Below are positions 7,833-16,346 of a stretch of 37,624 nucleotides of DNA, piece after piece (position 1 is the first letter of the stretch; the number at the start of each line of letters is the position of its first letter). The DNA comes from Candidatus Limnocylindria bacterium. GTDB taxonomy: Bacteria > Chloroflexota > Dormibacteria > CF-121. The notes beneath the pieces are model-generated. The model ran no database searches and was not told the DNA's origin. It saw nothing but the letters and a program-made list of their open reading frames with translations. The stretch is from positions 1 through 37,624 of the forward strand of contig DASPZT010000093.1 in the NCBI GenBank assembly GCA_035636135.1, read 5' to 3'. The translations under genes and the position numbers were made by a program.

Positions 7833-9266
7833 GTGGCTGACGTTCCGGTGGCCACCCGGCGCCTGGTCTTGATTGGACTGGCCGTCGGCTGCCTGACTCT
7901 GGGGATCGGCTACCTGGCCCGCGCCGTTTTCGGCATCCCGCTGCTCCCCGAGGAGGCAGGCGGCCTGGTGGTCAAGGTCTTGCCCCTGCCCGTCTTCGAG
8001 GCCGTGATCCGCACCTTGGGGGTCCTGGCGCGTCCGTTGCTTCTGGTTGGTAGCACCGTCGGGTTGATCGTCTTGTTCGGAGCCGCCACCGTGATCATCG
8101 ACCGGCGCCTCAGGGTCAGCCGGGGCCCGGCGATTGCCGGCGTGATCGGGCTGGTGACGCTGGCCGTCGGCCTGGTGGCCGGCGACGGAATCCCGGCTCT
8201 GATCGAGGCGACGGTCCTGGCGGTGGCGGGCACGATCGCCTACAGCTGGAGCACGGCACTGCTGCAGCCCGGCTCAACCAGCGACGACCGGCGCGTCCTG
8301 CTCCGCAACCTGCTGGTCGGATCGGTCGGGCTGGCGGTGCTGGGGATTGCCTACGTCGACGTCCGCCGGTTTGTCACGGCCCTGGCCACCCGGGAGGGTA
8401 CCCGGTCGATGACGGAGATCACACCGGTGGCGGACTTCTACGTTGTCTCCAAGAACATAGCGGGCGATCCGGTGGTGGACGCCAACGGGTGGCACCTCGT
8501 CCTCCCCGACGGCGCCTCGCTCACCTATGCGGAGCTGCTGGCCCTCCCGGCCGCCGAGGTCGAGCTGACCCTCTCCTGCATCAGCAATGAGATCGGCGGC
8601 ACGCTGATCAGCAACGGGCGCTGGCGCGGGCCCCGGGTCACGGACCTGCTGGCTGCTCATGGGGGCGACCATCCCGACGCGCGCTGGCTGCTGATGGAAG
8701 CGGCCGACGGCTATACGGAGAGTTTGCCCCTGGACGAGCTGACACCCGACCACCTGCTGGCGACCCATCTGAATGGGGATGGTCTCCCCTGGGCCCATGG
8801 CTTTCCGGCCCGCTTCATCTTCCCCGGGCACTACGGGATGAAGCAGCCCAAATGGGTGACCCGGCTGCGGCTGTCGGCGACGGACCAGCGCGGGTACTGG
8901 GAGCAGAACGGGTGGAACGAGCGGGCGGTGGTCAAAACCATGTCCCGCATCGACGCCCCCCTGGATGGGCTGGTGGTCCCCGCCGGCCCCATCGCCATGC
9001 GGGGCCTTGCCTTCGCCGGCAACCGGCGGATCAGCGCCGTGGAAATCCGCTTGAACAACGGCCCCTGGCAAGCCGCCGACCTCGATCCCGAGTTCTCACC
9101 GTACGCCTGGCGGTTCTGGGGACTCACCGCCCCCCTGGTGACCGGGCATTACGACATCGAAGTCCGGGCCCGCGACGGCACGGGCGCCTGGCAAACGGCG
9201 CAGCGGGTGCCCACCCTGCCCGACGGCGCCAGCGGATACCACCGCATCGCGCTTGAGGTCCAATAA
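7833..9266 (+). CDS. Membrane-anchored molybdopterin-dependent oxidoreductase (sulfite oxidase / MsrP-YedY family catalytic domain)
   Basis: Polytopic N-terminus (~5-6 TM) followed by FYVVSKN...LTLSCISNEIGG..ISNGRWRGPRV...FPGHYGMKQPKWVTRLRL, typical of the Oxidored_molyb fold. GTG start. Confidence 0.85.
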   Translation: MADVPVATRRLVLIGLAVGCLTLGIGYLARAVFGIPLLPEEAGGLVVKVLPLPVFEAVIRTLGVLARPLLLVGSTVGLIVLFGAATVIIDRRLRVSRGPAIAGVIGLVTLAVGLVAGDGIPALIEATVLAVAGTIAYSWSTALLQPGSTSDDRRVLLRNLLVGSVGLAVLGIAYVDVRRFVTALATREGTRSMTEITPVADFYVVSKNIAGDPVVDANGWHLVLPDGASLTYAELLALPAAEVELTLSCISNEIGGTLISNGRWRGPRVTDLLAAHGGDHPDARWLLMEAADGYTESLPLDELTPDHLLATHLNGDGLPWAHGFPARFIFPGHYGMKQPKWVTRLRLSATDQRGYWEQNGWNERAVVKTMSRIDAPLDGLVVPAGPIAMRGLAFAGNRRISAVEIRLNNGPWQAADLDPEFSPYAWRFWGLTAPLVTGHYDIEVRARDGTGAWQTAQRVPTLPDGASGYHRIALEVQ

Positions 9267-9269
9267 GAC

Positions 9270-9307
9270 ACCCTCCCCCTCCCCCTGGGGAGGGGCAGGG
9301 GAGGGGG
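9270..9307 (+). terminator. C/G-tract hairpin (CCCTCCCC...GGGGAGGG type) after the oxidoreductase gene
   Basis: ccctccccctcccc / ggggcaggggaggggg inverted arms lie immediately after the TAA at 9264-9266. Similar C-tract/G-tract hairpins occur at ~171-200 and ~4311-4338. Confidence 0.45.
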
Positions 9308-9380
9308 TTGCTGGAACGTCTCTCAGGTTTTTCTCAGGCACATTCAGCGAGCTCGCGGTACTGCTCGCTAGGCTGAGGCC

Positions 9381-9563
9381 ATGAGCACACTGGTCTCGGA
9401 GAAGACGCTCAAGCGAGTGGCGATCATCGGCACCCTGCTGCTGACGGGGGTCTTTGGCGCCGCGGTCGCGGCCGCGCCCAAGCCCCAGGCGGCCGCCCTC
9501 CATCCGAGCCTGCGCGTGCTCCCCGCCGGGTCGGAGGTCCACACCCAGACCTATGTCTCCTAA
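9381..9563 (+). CDS. Small signal-anchored protein (60 aa)
   Basis: ATG preceded by gagg. GC3 is high, there is one hydrophobic helix (VAIIGTLLLTGVFGAAVAAA), and it overlaps the apbE start by 11 nt. Confidence 0.5.
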   Translation: MSTLVSEKTLKRVAIIGTLLLTGVFGAAVAAAPKPQAAALHPSLRVLPAGSEVHTQTYVS

Positions 9564-10404
9564 TCTCCAGGTCCGTCACTTCTCGGCGCTGGGCTCCACC
9601 TGTGAGTTGATCGCGGTGGGGGCCAGCCCGGCGGCGCTCGAGCGGTGTGAGGCGCTGGTGCTGGACGCGGACGCCCGGCTGACCCGCTTCGGGCGTGACA
9701 GCGAGCTGTCCCAGCTCAATGCCGCCAACGGTCGTCCGATGCCAGCCAGCCCCCTCCTCTACGGCATGCTCGAGGCCGGGTTGTACGCCTACGAGGCCAG
9801 CGGGGGACTGGTCAATATCGCTGTCCTGCCAGCCCTCTGCGCCGCCGGGTACGACCGGCCCTTCCGGCTGGGTCTGTCGGAGCCGTCCAGCCTGACCCCG
9901 CCGGTGACGCCGGCCCTGCCCGAGGTGCTCTGGCTCGATCCGGCCACCCGCACCGTGGCCCTCGCCCCGGGGGCGGCGGTCGACCTGGGCGGGATCGCCA
10001 AGGGCGCCCTGGCCGACTTGCTGATCGCCGAGCTGGGCCAGGATGCGGTCTGCAATCTCGGCGGTGACCTGCGGGTGCGCGGATCAGGCCCGAGCGGCGA
10101 CGGCTGGCACATCGGCCTCTGCGATGGGTCGGTCGTGGCCCTGGCGGACGGCGGCGTGGCCACCAGCGGGACCACCCGCCGGCGCTGGGGCAAGGGCATG
10201 CATCACCTGCTGGACCCGCGCACGGGACTCCCGGTATATACCGACCTGACCGAAGTCTCGGTGGTGACCGATACCGCGCTGCACGCGGAGATTTACGCCA
10301 AGACGGCCGTGTTGATGGGGTCGGCCTATGGCCTGCCCTTCCTCAGCCAGCGGGCGGACCACTTCGCCGTGGTGGCGCCGGCGGTGCCGGCCGCGGCGGC
10401 GTGA
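9553..10404 (+). CDS. apbE: FAD:protein FMN transferase (ApbE family)
   Basis: DLGGIAKGALADLL motif and overall ApbE layout. Start moved to ATG 9553 (MSPNLQVRHF); the upstream part of the track ORF is Arg/Pro-rich out-of-context sequence. Confidence 0.8.
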   Translation: MSPNLQVRHFSALGSTCELIAVGASPAALERCEALVLDADARLTRFGRDSELSQLNAANGRPMPASPLLYGMLEAGLYAYEASGGLVNIAVLPALCAAGYDRPFRLGLSEPSSLTPPVTPALPEVLWLDPATRTVALAPGAAVDLGGIAKGALADLLIAELGQDAVCNLGGDLRVRGSGPSGDGWHIGLCDGSVVALADGGVATSGTTRRRWGKGMHHLLDPRTGLPVYTDLTEVSVVTDTALHAEIYAKTAVLMGSAYGLPFLSQRADHFAVVAPAVPAAAA

Positions 10405-10943
10405 CGGTCGCGGAGCTCCTCTGGCTGACCTCGCGCACCGCTGCCCTGACCGCCTTCTTCGTCATCGCCGCGGCCCTTATCACCGGGCAGGCGCTGCGGA
10501 CCTTCGTGCTGGAAGGCTGGGTCGGACGGCGTGAGGTGGTGGCCGTGCATGGATTTCTGACGGTCTGCTGGGCGCCCCTGGTCGCGGTGCACGTGCTGGC
10601 CGGCGCGCTCGATCCGGTCTCGCGGTTGACCCCGCTGGACGTGGTCATCCCGCTCCGCGTGCCGTACGCGGCGCTGCCCATCGGCTTGGGCACGCTGGGC
10701 TTTGACGTGTTGCTGGTGGTGGGCGTCACCAGTTACCTGCGGAAACAGATGGACGCCGCGACCTGGCGCTGGCTGCATCGCACCAGCTATCTCATGTTCG
10801 GGCTGATGTTCCTGCACGCCGTGCTATCGGGGACCGACCTGGGCCGGCCGGTGATCGCGGCCGCCCTGTGGGCCACCTTCTCGTTCGTGGTGATTCTGAC
10901 GGTGGCCCGGGTCGCGATCGGCCGGGTATCGGTCTCCACGTAG
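10401..10943 (+). CDS. Ferric-reductase-like transmembrane protein (MsrQ/YedZ-like heme-b membrane component)
   Basis: 180 aa with about 5-6 TM helices and spaced histidines (VAVHGF, AVHVLAG, LHRTSYLMFGLMFLHAV). The GTGA overlap with the apbE stop indicates coupling. Confidence 0.7.
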   Translation: MTVAELLWLTSRTAALTAFFVIAAALITGQALRTFVLEGWVGRREVVAVHGFLTVCWAPLVAVHVLAGALDPVSRLTPLDVVIPLRVPYAALPIGLGTLGFDVLLVVGVTSYLRKQMDAATWRWLHRTSYLMFGLMFLHAVLSGTDLGRPVIAAALWATFSFVVILTVARVAIGRVSVST

Positions 10944-10953
10944 AATTCACCTG

Positions 10954-12204
10954 ATGTCGCTCGCCACCCAGGCCCTCGACGTGGAGGCGGTCCGGCGGCA
11001 GTTCCCGGCGCTCAGCCTGCGCATCGACGGCCAGCCCGCCGTCTACCTGGACAACCCGGCCGGCACCCAGGTCGCGCAGCGAGTGATCGACCGCCTCACC
11101 GAATACTGGCGGACCATGAACGCGAATCAAGGGGGCGTCTTTGCCACCAGCCAGCGCTCGGACGCGCTGCTGGCCGAGACCCGAGCCATGGCGGCGGCGT
11201 TCCTCAACGCGCGGAGCCCGGCAGAAATTGTATTCGGACCCAACATGACCACCATCACGTTCGCCGTGAGCCGCGCCATTGGCCGCGAGCTCAAGCCGGG
11301 CGACGAGATCGTAGTCAGCCGGCTGGAGCACGACGCGAATGTCGCACCCTGGCTGGCGCTGGCGGACCAGGGAATCGCCGTCCGCGTCGCGGATATCACG
11401 CTGCCGGCCTGCACGCTCGATGTCGAGAGCCTGAAACAGCAGCTGACGCCCCGCACCCGGCTGGTGGCGTTGACCCACGCTTCCAACGCGGTCGGGACCA
11501 TCCCGCCGCTGCGACAGGTGGCGGACCTCGCCCACGCCGCCGGCGCCTGGTTCTGGGTCGATGCCGTGCACTTCGGGCCGCATGGGGTGATCGACGTTCA
11601 GGCGATCGACTGCGACTTCCTGGTCTGCTCCGCCTACAAGTTCTATGGTCCGCACCTCGGCCTCCTCTACGGTCGACAGGACCTGCTCGAGCGGCTGCGC
11701 CCGTTCAAGGTGCGCCCGGCGTCGAATCAGGGACCGAGCCGCTGGGAGACGGGCACCCAGAACCACGAAGGCCTGGCCGGCATGCTGGGCGCCTTCGAGT
11801 ATCTGGCTGGTCTCTCACCCGAGGGCAACGGCACACCGCGTGCCCAGCTGGTGGCCGCCATGGGCCGGCTTGGGCGGTACGAGCGGTTCCTGGTTGCGCG
11901 GTTGCTCGAGGGCCTGAGCCGGATTCGGGGCCTGCAGATTTTCGGGATCACCGACCCCGCGCGGCTCGGCGAGCGGGCGCCGACGGTGTCAATCGCATGG
12001 CCGCCTCATCAGCCAGAGGACATTGCCCGCTGGCTGGGGCAGCACCAGGTCTTCACCACGCACGGCGACCACTACGCGCCCGGACTCATGGAACGGCTGG
12101 GCTTGCAGGCTCGTGGTGGCACGCTCCGGATCGGCCTGGCCCACTACAACCGGCCGAGCGAGGTGGACCTGGTCCTCGAGCTGCTGGCCGGCTATCGCTC
12201 GTAG
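10954..12204 (+). CDS. Class V aminotransferase, cysteine-desulfurase-like
   Basis: LTHASNAVGT and the PLP-lysine context CSAYKFYGPH, with typical length of 416 aa. Confidence 0.85.
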   Translation: MSLATQALDVEAVRRQFPALSLRIDGQPAVYLDNPAGTQVAQRVIDRLTEYWRTMNANQGGVFATSQRSDALLAETRAMAAAFLNARSPAEIVFGPNMTTITFAVSRAIGRELKPGDEIVVSRLEHDANVAPWLALADQGIAVRVADITLPACTLDVESLKQQLTPRTRLVALTHASNAVGTIPPLRQVADLAHAAGAWFWVDAVHFGPHGVIDVQAIDCDFLVCSAYKFYGPHLGLLYGRQDLLERLRPFKVRPASNQGPSRWETGTQNHEGLAGMLGAFEYLAGLSPEGNGTPRAQLVAAMGRLGRYERFLVARLLEGLSRIRGLQIFGITDPARLGERAPTVSIAWPPHQPEDIARWLGQHQVFTTHGDHYAPGLMERLGLQARGGTLRIGLAHYNRPSEVDLVLELLAGYRS

Positions 12205-12255
12205 CCCGAATCCGGGCTTAGCCTGGTCAGGCGATCCCCCAAGTGGTCACGCTGG

Positions 12256-13362
12256 TCAGACGACCCGCCTGACTACCGTCCCGCTGATCTGGTCACCGAT
12301 GCGCTGACGGGTGCGGCTGCGGAACATCAGGACGGCGTCGATGGGCCAGAGCACGATGATCACCGCCAACAGGTTGCGGACCACGGTCTGCCACCAGTGA
12401 GCCTGTGGCCCCGCCGTTCCGTAGACGCGCAGGCCCATCACCGCCTTGCCCAGGGTCATGCCAAACCGCCATTCCATCCCGATCCGATAGACCAGCGTGA
12501 GGAGCGCCAGGGCCGCCAACCCCTGTGGGTCGAACACCACGTCGGTGTCGGCGAAGTTGGCCACCAGGGTGACGAGGAAGAGGGTGGCGCCGACGATGAG
12601 AGTCACATCGATCACCGCGGCCACCACCCGGCGGACCAACGGGAATTCTCGCCAGCGAACGCCCGCCGCGCCGTGCCGGCCGAGCCGCCGCTCGAGGGTA
12701 TCCGCCATCTCCCGCGGGACGCCGATAACGATGGGTTGGAGGGTGGCGAATGCACCGCGGCGGGCGAGGAATCGGAGGGAGACCAGGAAGGCGGCCACCA
12801 GGAGGGCGGAAACGATGATGACGAACAGTCGCCGCTCGGCGCTGTGGAAGAAATCGATGACCGGCAGGCCGAAGGCGAAACCGAGCCCGGTGAACACGGC
12901 GACGTAGATCAGGACCGCGGGCACCAGTCCGGCGGCGAAGCTGCGCCGCGGCAGACGGGCCGCGCCGGCGACCTGAGTGGTGTGGATGCGCAGGCCGGGG
13001 ATCAGCCGACCGATCAGGATGGCCCGCCACCCCTGCTGCTGGACCATGCCTGCCGCCCGGTCCACCGCGTGGCGAAACCGCAGCGCGTCCGCGGCCCGCA
13101 GCAACGCCGCGCGGCCGATGAGGGCAAAAATCTCCCGGCCAACCAGCGCGCCAGCGATGCTGGCCAGCACCACGGCGGGGACAAACGCGGTGGCCTGGAT
13201 GGTGCCGCTGGCAATGGCGATGCCGCCGATGATGAGCAGGATGTCGCCCGGGGCAAAGGGCACCGGCACGCCCATCTCTTCGATGAAGGCCAGCGCGCAG
13301 ATGATGCCGGTCAGGAGATCGCCGTCGAGGTCCAGCAAGACGTCGACCGGGTTGAGCGACAT
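12256..13362 (-). CDS. DedA/SNARE-associated membrane domain fused to a C-terminal RDD domain
   Basis: N-terminal FIEEMGVPVPFAPGDILLIIGG (DedA). C-terminal RRVVAAVIDVTLIV...GKAVMGLRVY...RQRIGDQISGTVV (RDD-type). Confidence 0.8.
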   Translation of the reverse strand: MSLNPVDVLLDLDGDLLTGIICALAFIEEMGVPVPFAPGDILLIIGGIAIASGTIQATAFVPAVVLASIAGALVGREIFALIGRAALLRAADALRFRHAVDRAAGMVQQQGWRAILIGRLIPGLRIHTTQVAGAARLPRRSFAAGLVPAVLIYVAVFTGLGFAFGLPVIDFFHSAERRLFVIIVSALLVAAFLVSLRFLARRGAFATLQPIVIGVPREMADTLERRLGRHGAAGVRWREFPLVRRVVAAVIDVTLIVGATLFLVTLVANFADTDVVFDPQGLAALALLTLVYRIGMEWRFGMTLGKAVMGLRVYGTAGPQAHWWQTVVRNLLAVIIVLWPIDAVLMFRSRTRQRIGDQISGTVVRRVV

Positions 13363-13378
13363 CAGGCTCGGAAGAACG

Positions 13379-14962
13379 CTAAACCAGCTCCGCGATGAGC
13401 GGGATGGGGAGGTTTCCGCAGTTGAGGAAGCGGTCGTGGAAGGATTTCAGGGAGAACCCCGGTTGGCGCTCTGCGTTCCGGCGCACCTCGTAGATCAGCA
13501 GCTTGCCGAGCGTGTAATTCAGGTACAGGGGGTCGAAGGCCCCCCGGGTGGCTTCCCGCCGTGCGGGCAGCTCGGTCTGGAAACCCTTCTCCATGAATGT
13601 TCGCACCGCATCCTCCATCGTCATGCCGCGACAGTGGAGACCGATGGCGACCAGAAAACGGCAGTTGCGCAGAAGCGCATCCATCACCTGGGCGAGTTCC
13701 AACCGGGGATCATCCTTGTAGCCGGCCTCCAGCATCATCTGCTCGCAGTAGTGCGCCCAGCCCTCCCCTGTGCTCTGCACCCAGAACAGGCGGCGGGTCA
13801 GCGACGAGGCGCCCCGTTCGTGCAGGGCCTGCACGTAGTGGCCGGGGTAGGCCTCGTGGATGGATACGTTCTCCAGCACGGCATAGTTGAGGTAGCGCAG
13901 CCATTCCTCGGTCTTGGCCGCGCCCCAGTCCGGCGTCGGGACGGTGACGTAGTAGTAGCTCTCAGTCGCGACGGTCTCCAACGGCCCGGCGCTGTCCAGC
14001 GCGGCGCTGGCCCAGGACATGAAGCTGGGCGTCGGGGCTACCGTACACCGCACATCGGACGGAATGGTCATGATGTCCCGGTCCACGATGAACGTCCGGA
14101 TGCCTTCGAGCATGGCAGCAGTCTCGGGGATCAGCGTCTCGACGCTGGGATGCCGGAACTGGATCGCGTCCAGCGCCAGCGGAATGCCGTCGGCCGCGAT
14201 GCGGGCCGCCACCACGCGCGCCCGGGCTGTGTTCCGCTCGAGATCCTCGCGGGCCATGGCCTCCAGGGTCGGCAGGTCGAGGGTAACGAGGTCGCGTGTG
14301 CGCAAGTAGCTCGTGAAGCGCGCCTCGCCCAGGGCGTAGTCGTCGTGGGCTTTCGGCAGCCGCGACCGCAGCCAGGCGGCAAAGGCATCGAGCTGCGGAA
14401 TCGCCCGGCCGACCGCGGCGACGGTTTGCGGGTGGTGGCGCGCCACGGCGGTGACCTCGCTGGCCAGGTACTGGCTGAACCCTTCGGTGGCCTCGATCGC
14501 GATTTCGAGGTTGGGCCTCGGCAACGACGGCTCGAGGTTGCTCCGAGCTGCCTCCAGGACGCCGGGATACCCTTCAAGATGCAGGCGCAGCGCCGCGAGG
14601 CGGACCGGTAAAGGCGCGTAGGCGCGCTTGATGTAGACGCTGACGTCCAGCTCCGTGCCCCAGCCGGCGTAAAACAGCGGATTCCGGAAGGGTTCGCGCA
14701 GGTCGTGCAGCTCAATCCGCTGCGCGCGCAGCTGGGCCATGATCGCCCGCCGATCCACGTCCTGGTCGCGGGAGAGACCCGCCTGGCCCTCCAGCAGCCT
14801 CAGCTGCTGGTCGATCTCCCCGATGCGGCTTTTGACGGTCGACGCGGAGGCGTCGCCCACCCGGCCATCGTAGGCATGATCGCCGACCCGGCGACCGAAC
14901 CCAGGCGAGAAGTGGAAAAAGCCGTCGAAGACCTTTCGCTCGATCTCGGCCCACGCCGGCAC
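13379..14962 (-). CDS. DUF885-family protein (putative metallopeptidase-like)
   Basis: HEAYPGHYVQ motif and DUF885-like N-terminus (FHFSPGFG..GDHAYDGRVGD). Start is uncertain: GTG at 14962 was chosen because the track's 15253 start overlaps the divergent amidohydrolase gene. No clear SD. Confidence 0.75.
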   Translation of the reverse strand: MPAWAEIERKVFDGFFHFSPGFGRRVGDHAYDGRVGDASASTVKSRIGEIDQQLRLLEGQAGLSRDQDVDRRAIMAQLRAQRIELHDLREPFRNPLFYAGWGTELDVSVYIKRAYAPLPVRLAALRLHLEGYPGVLEAARSNLEPSLPRPNLEIAIEATEGFSQYLASEVTAVARHHPQTVAAVGRAIPQLDAFAAWLRSRLPKAHDDYALGEARFTSYLRTRDLVTLDLPTLEAMAREDLERNTARARVVAARIAADGIPLALDAIQFRHPSVETLIPETAAMLEGIRTFIVDRDIMTIPSDVRCTVAPTPSFMSWASAALDSAGPLETVATESYYYVTVPTPDWGAAKTEEWLRYLNYAVLENVSIHEAYPGHYVQALHERGASSLTRRLFWVQSTGEGWAHYCEQMMLEAGYKDDPRLELAQVMDALLRNCRFLVAIGLHCRGMTMEDAVRTFMEKGFQTELPARREATRGAFDPLYLNYTLGKLLIYEVRRNAERQPGFSLKSFHDRFLNCGNLPIPLIAELV

Positions 14963-15011
14963 GACGCTGAGGGTACCAGAAGAGGCCGCACGGAGCCTTA
15001 AACTTCCATCG

Positions 15012-16286
15012 ATGGCCGACCATACCGTCGCCCTGGTGGCCGACCGGCTGATCGACGGCTCCGGCCGAGACCCGATCGAGGCGGCCGCGGTGATCTGGGA
15101 AGGCGAGCGCATATCCGCGGTCGGTCCGCGCGCCGAGATTCGCATTCCGGCGGGCGCCGAGGTCATCGAAGAAGACGACCTGACCGTCCTGCCCGGGTTG
15201 ATGGATCTGCACGTGCACCTGGGCATGCAGGCGGGGGTCAACTTCCCGCGCATCCTGATGACCCCCAGGGCACTGGCCCTCCTCTACGCCGTGCCGAACT
15301 GCGCGGCGACGCTCCGGGCAGGCTTCACCACGGTGCGCGACGCCGGCCTGACCCCTGCGGGCGTGAAGCTCGCCGTGGAGCGGGGGCTGTTTCCTGGACC
15401 CCGGCTGCAGGTGGCGGTTAGCATTCTCGGTCAGACAGGGGGTCACGCCGACCCCTTCATGCCGTGCGGCGTGGGGCTGGATTTCGGATCCGGCCTGGAC
15501 GTTCCCGCTGGCGTTGTCGATGGGGTTGACGACATGCGCCGGCGGGTTCGCGAAGTCCTCCGCAGCGGCGCCGACTGGATCAAGCTCTGCACCAGCGGCG
15601 GCGTCCTCTCCGCGACCGATACGCCCGACGCGGCGCAGCTCACGGTGGAGGAGATTGCGACCGCGGTCTATGAAGCCCAGGCGCAGGACAAGGGCTGCAT
15701 GGCACATGCCATGTCCGCCCAGGGCATCAAGAATGCCCTGCGGGCGGGAGTGCGAACGATCGAGCACGGCTGCTTTCTGGATGAAGAGGGCATCGCGCTC
15801 ATGAAGCAGCGGGGCGCCACCTTGGTTCCGACCCTGGTGGCACCCGTCGATGTGATTCGCAATGCCGCCAAGGACCCCGCGAGCATCCCGGAGTCCATGG
15901 TGCAGAAAGCCCGGGACACGGTCGAGCGGCACGCGGCTTCCTTCCGGGCGGCGCTCGAGGCCGGCGTCGAGATCGCCATGGGAACGGACAGTGGGGTGGG
16001 AGACCACGGCCGCAACGGCCAGGAACTGGTGCTCATGGCCGAGCGCGGGATGACGCCCATGCAGGCCATCCTGGCCAGCACCCGGACGCCCGCCCGCCTC
16101 CTGGGGCTGGCCGATCGGTTGGGCACCCTCGAGGCGGGGAAGCTGGCCGACCTGCTGGCCGTCCGGGGCGACCCCCTGGCCGAGATCGGCCTGTTCAACG
16201 ATCCAGGCCGGGTGCAGGTGGTGGTCAAGGGGGGTGCGATCGTCCACCAGGCCGGGCGACCGCTGCCGGTGCCCGCCGGCTTGTAA
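15012..16286 (+). CDS. Amidohydrolase-superfamily metal-dependent hydrolase (COG1228-like)
   Basis: LPGLMDLHVHLG metal-binding HxH, later HAMSAQG, IEHGCFLD and AMGTDSGV motifs. Confidence 0.85.
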   Translation: MADHTVALVADRLIDGSGRDPIEAAAVIWEGERISAVGPRAEIRIPAGAEVIEEDDLTVLPGLMDLHVHLGMQAGVNFPRILMTPRALALLYAVPNCAATLRAGFTTVRDAGLTPAGVKLAVERGLFPGPRLQVAVSILGQTGGHADPFMPCGVGLDFGSGLDVPAGVVDGVDDMRRRVREVLRSGADWIKLCTSGGVLSATDTPDAAQLTVEEIATAVYEAQAQDKGCMAHAMSAQGIKNALRAGVRTIEHGCFLDEEGIALMKQRGATLVPTLVAPVDVIRNAAKDPASIPESMVQKARDTVERHAASFRAALEAGVEIAMGTDSGVGDHGRNGQELVLMAERGMTPMQAILASTRTPARLLGLADRLGTLEAGKLADLLAVRGDPLAEIGLFNDPGRVQVVVKGGAIVHQAGRPLPVPAGL

Positions 16287-16346
16287 CAGTTTTCCCGACC
16301 GTCACACGCTCCGTAAGGCACGGCTGTTACGTTGGCGTCACCGACT

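Noticed and set aside
12397-14611. Long plus-strand ORFs (12397..13398, 12977..14611) opposite the DedA-RDD and DUF885 genes
   Set aside because: The translations are Arg/Gly/Pro/Asp-rich low-complexity sequence without motifs. The opposite strand carries clear DedA, RDD and HExxPGH signatures. These are typical antisense shadow ORFs of a high-GC genome.
14712-16247. 511-aa minus-strand ORF across the amidohydrolase gene; likewise 10792..11766, 8274..9071, 6421..7467, 28071..29243, 4704..5804 and 20677..21435
   Set aside because: Each overlaps a gene with unambiguous family motifs on the other strand or frame, and each translates to Arg/Pro/Gly-rich sequence.
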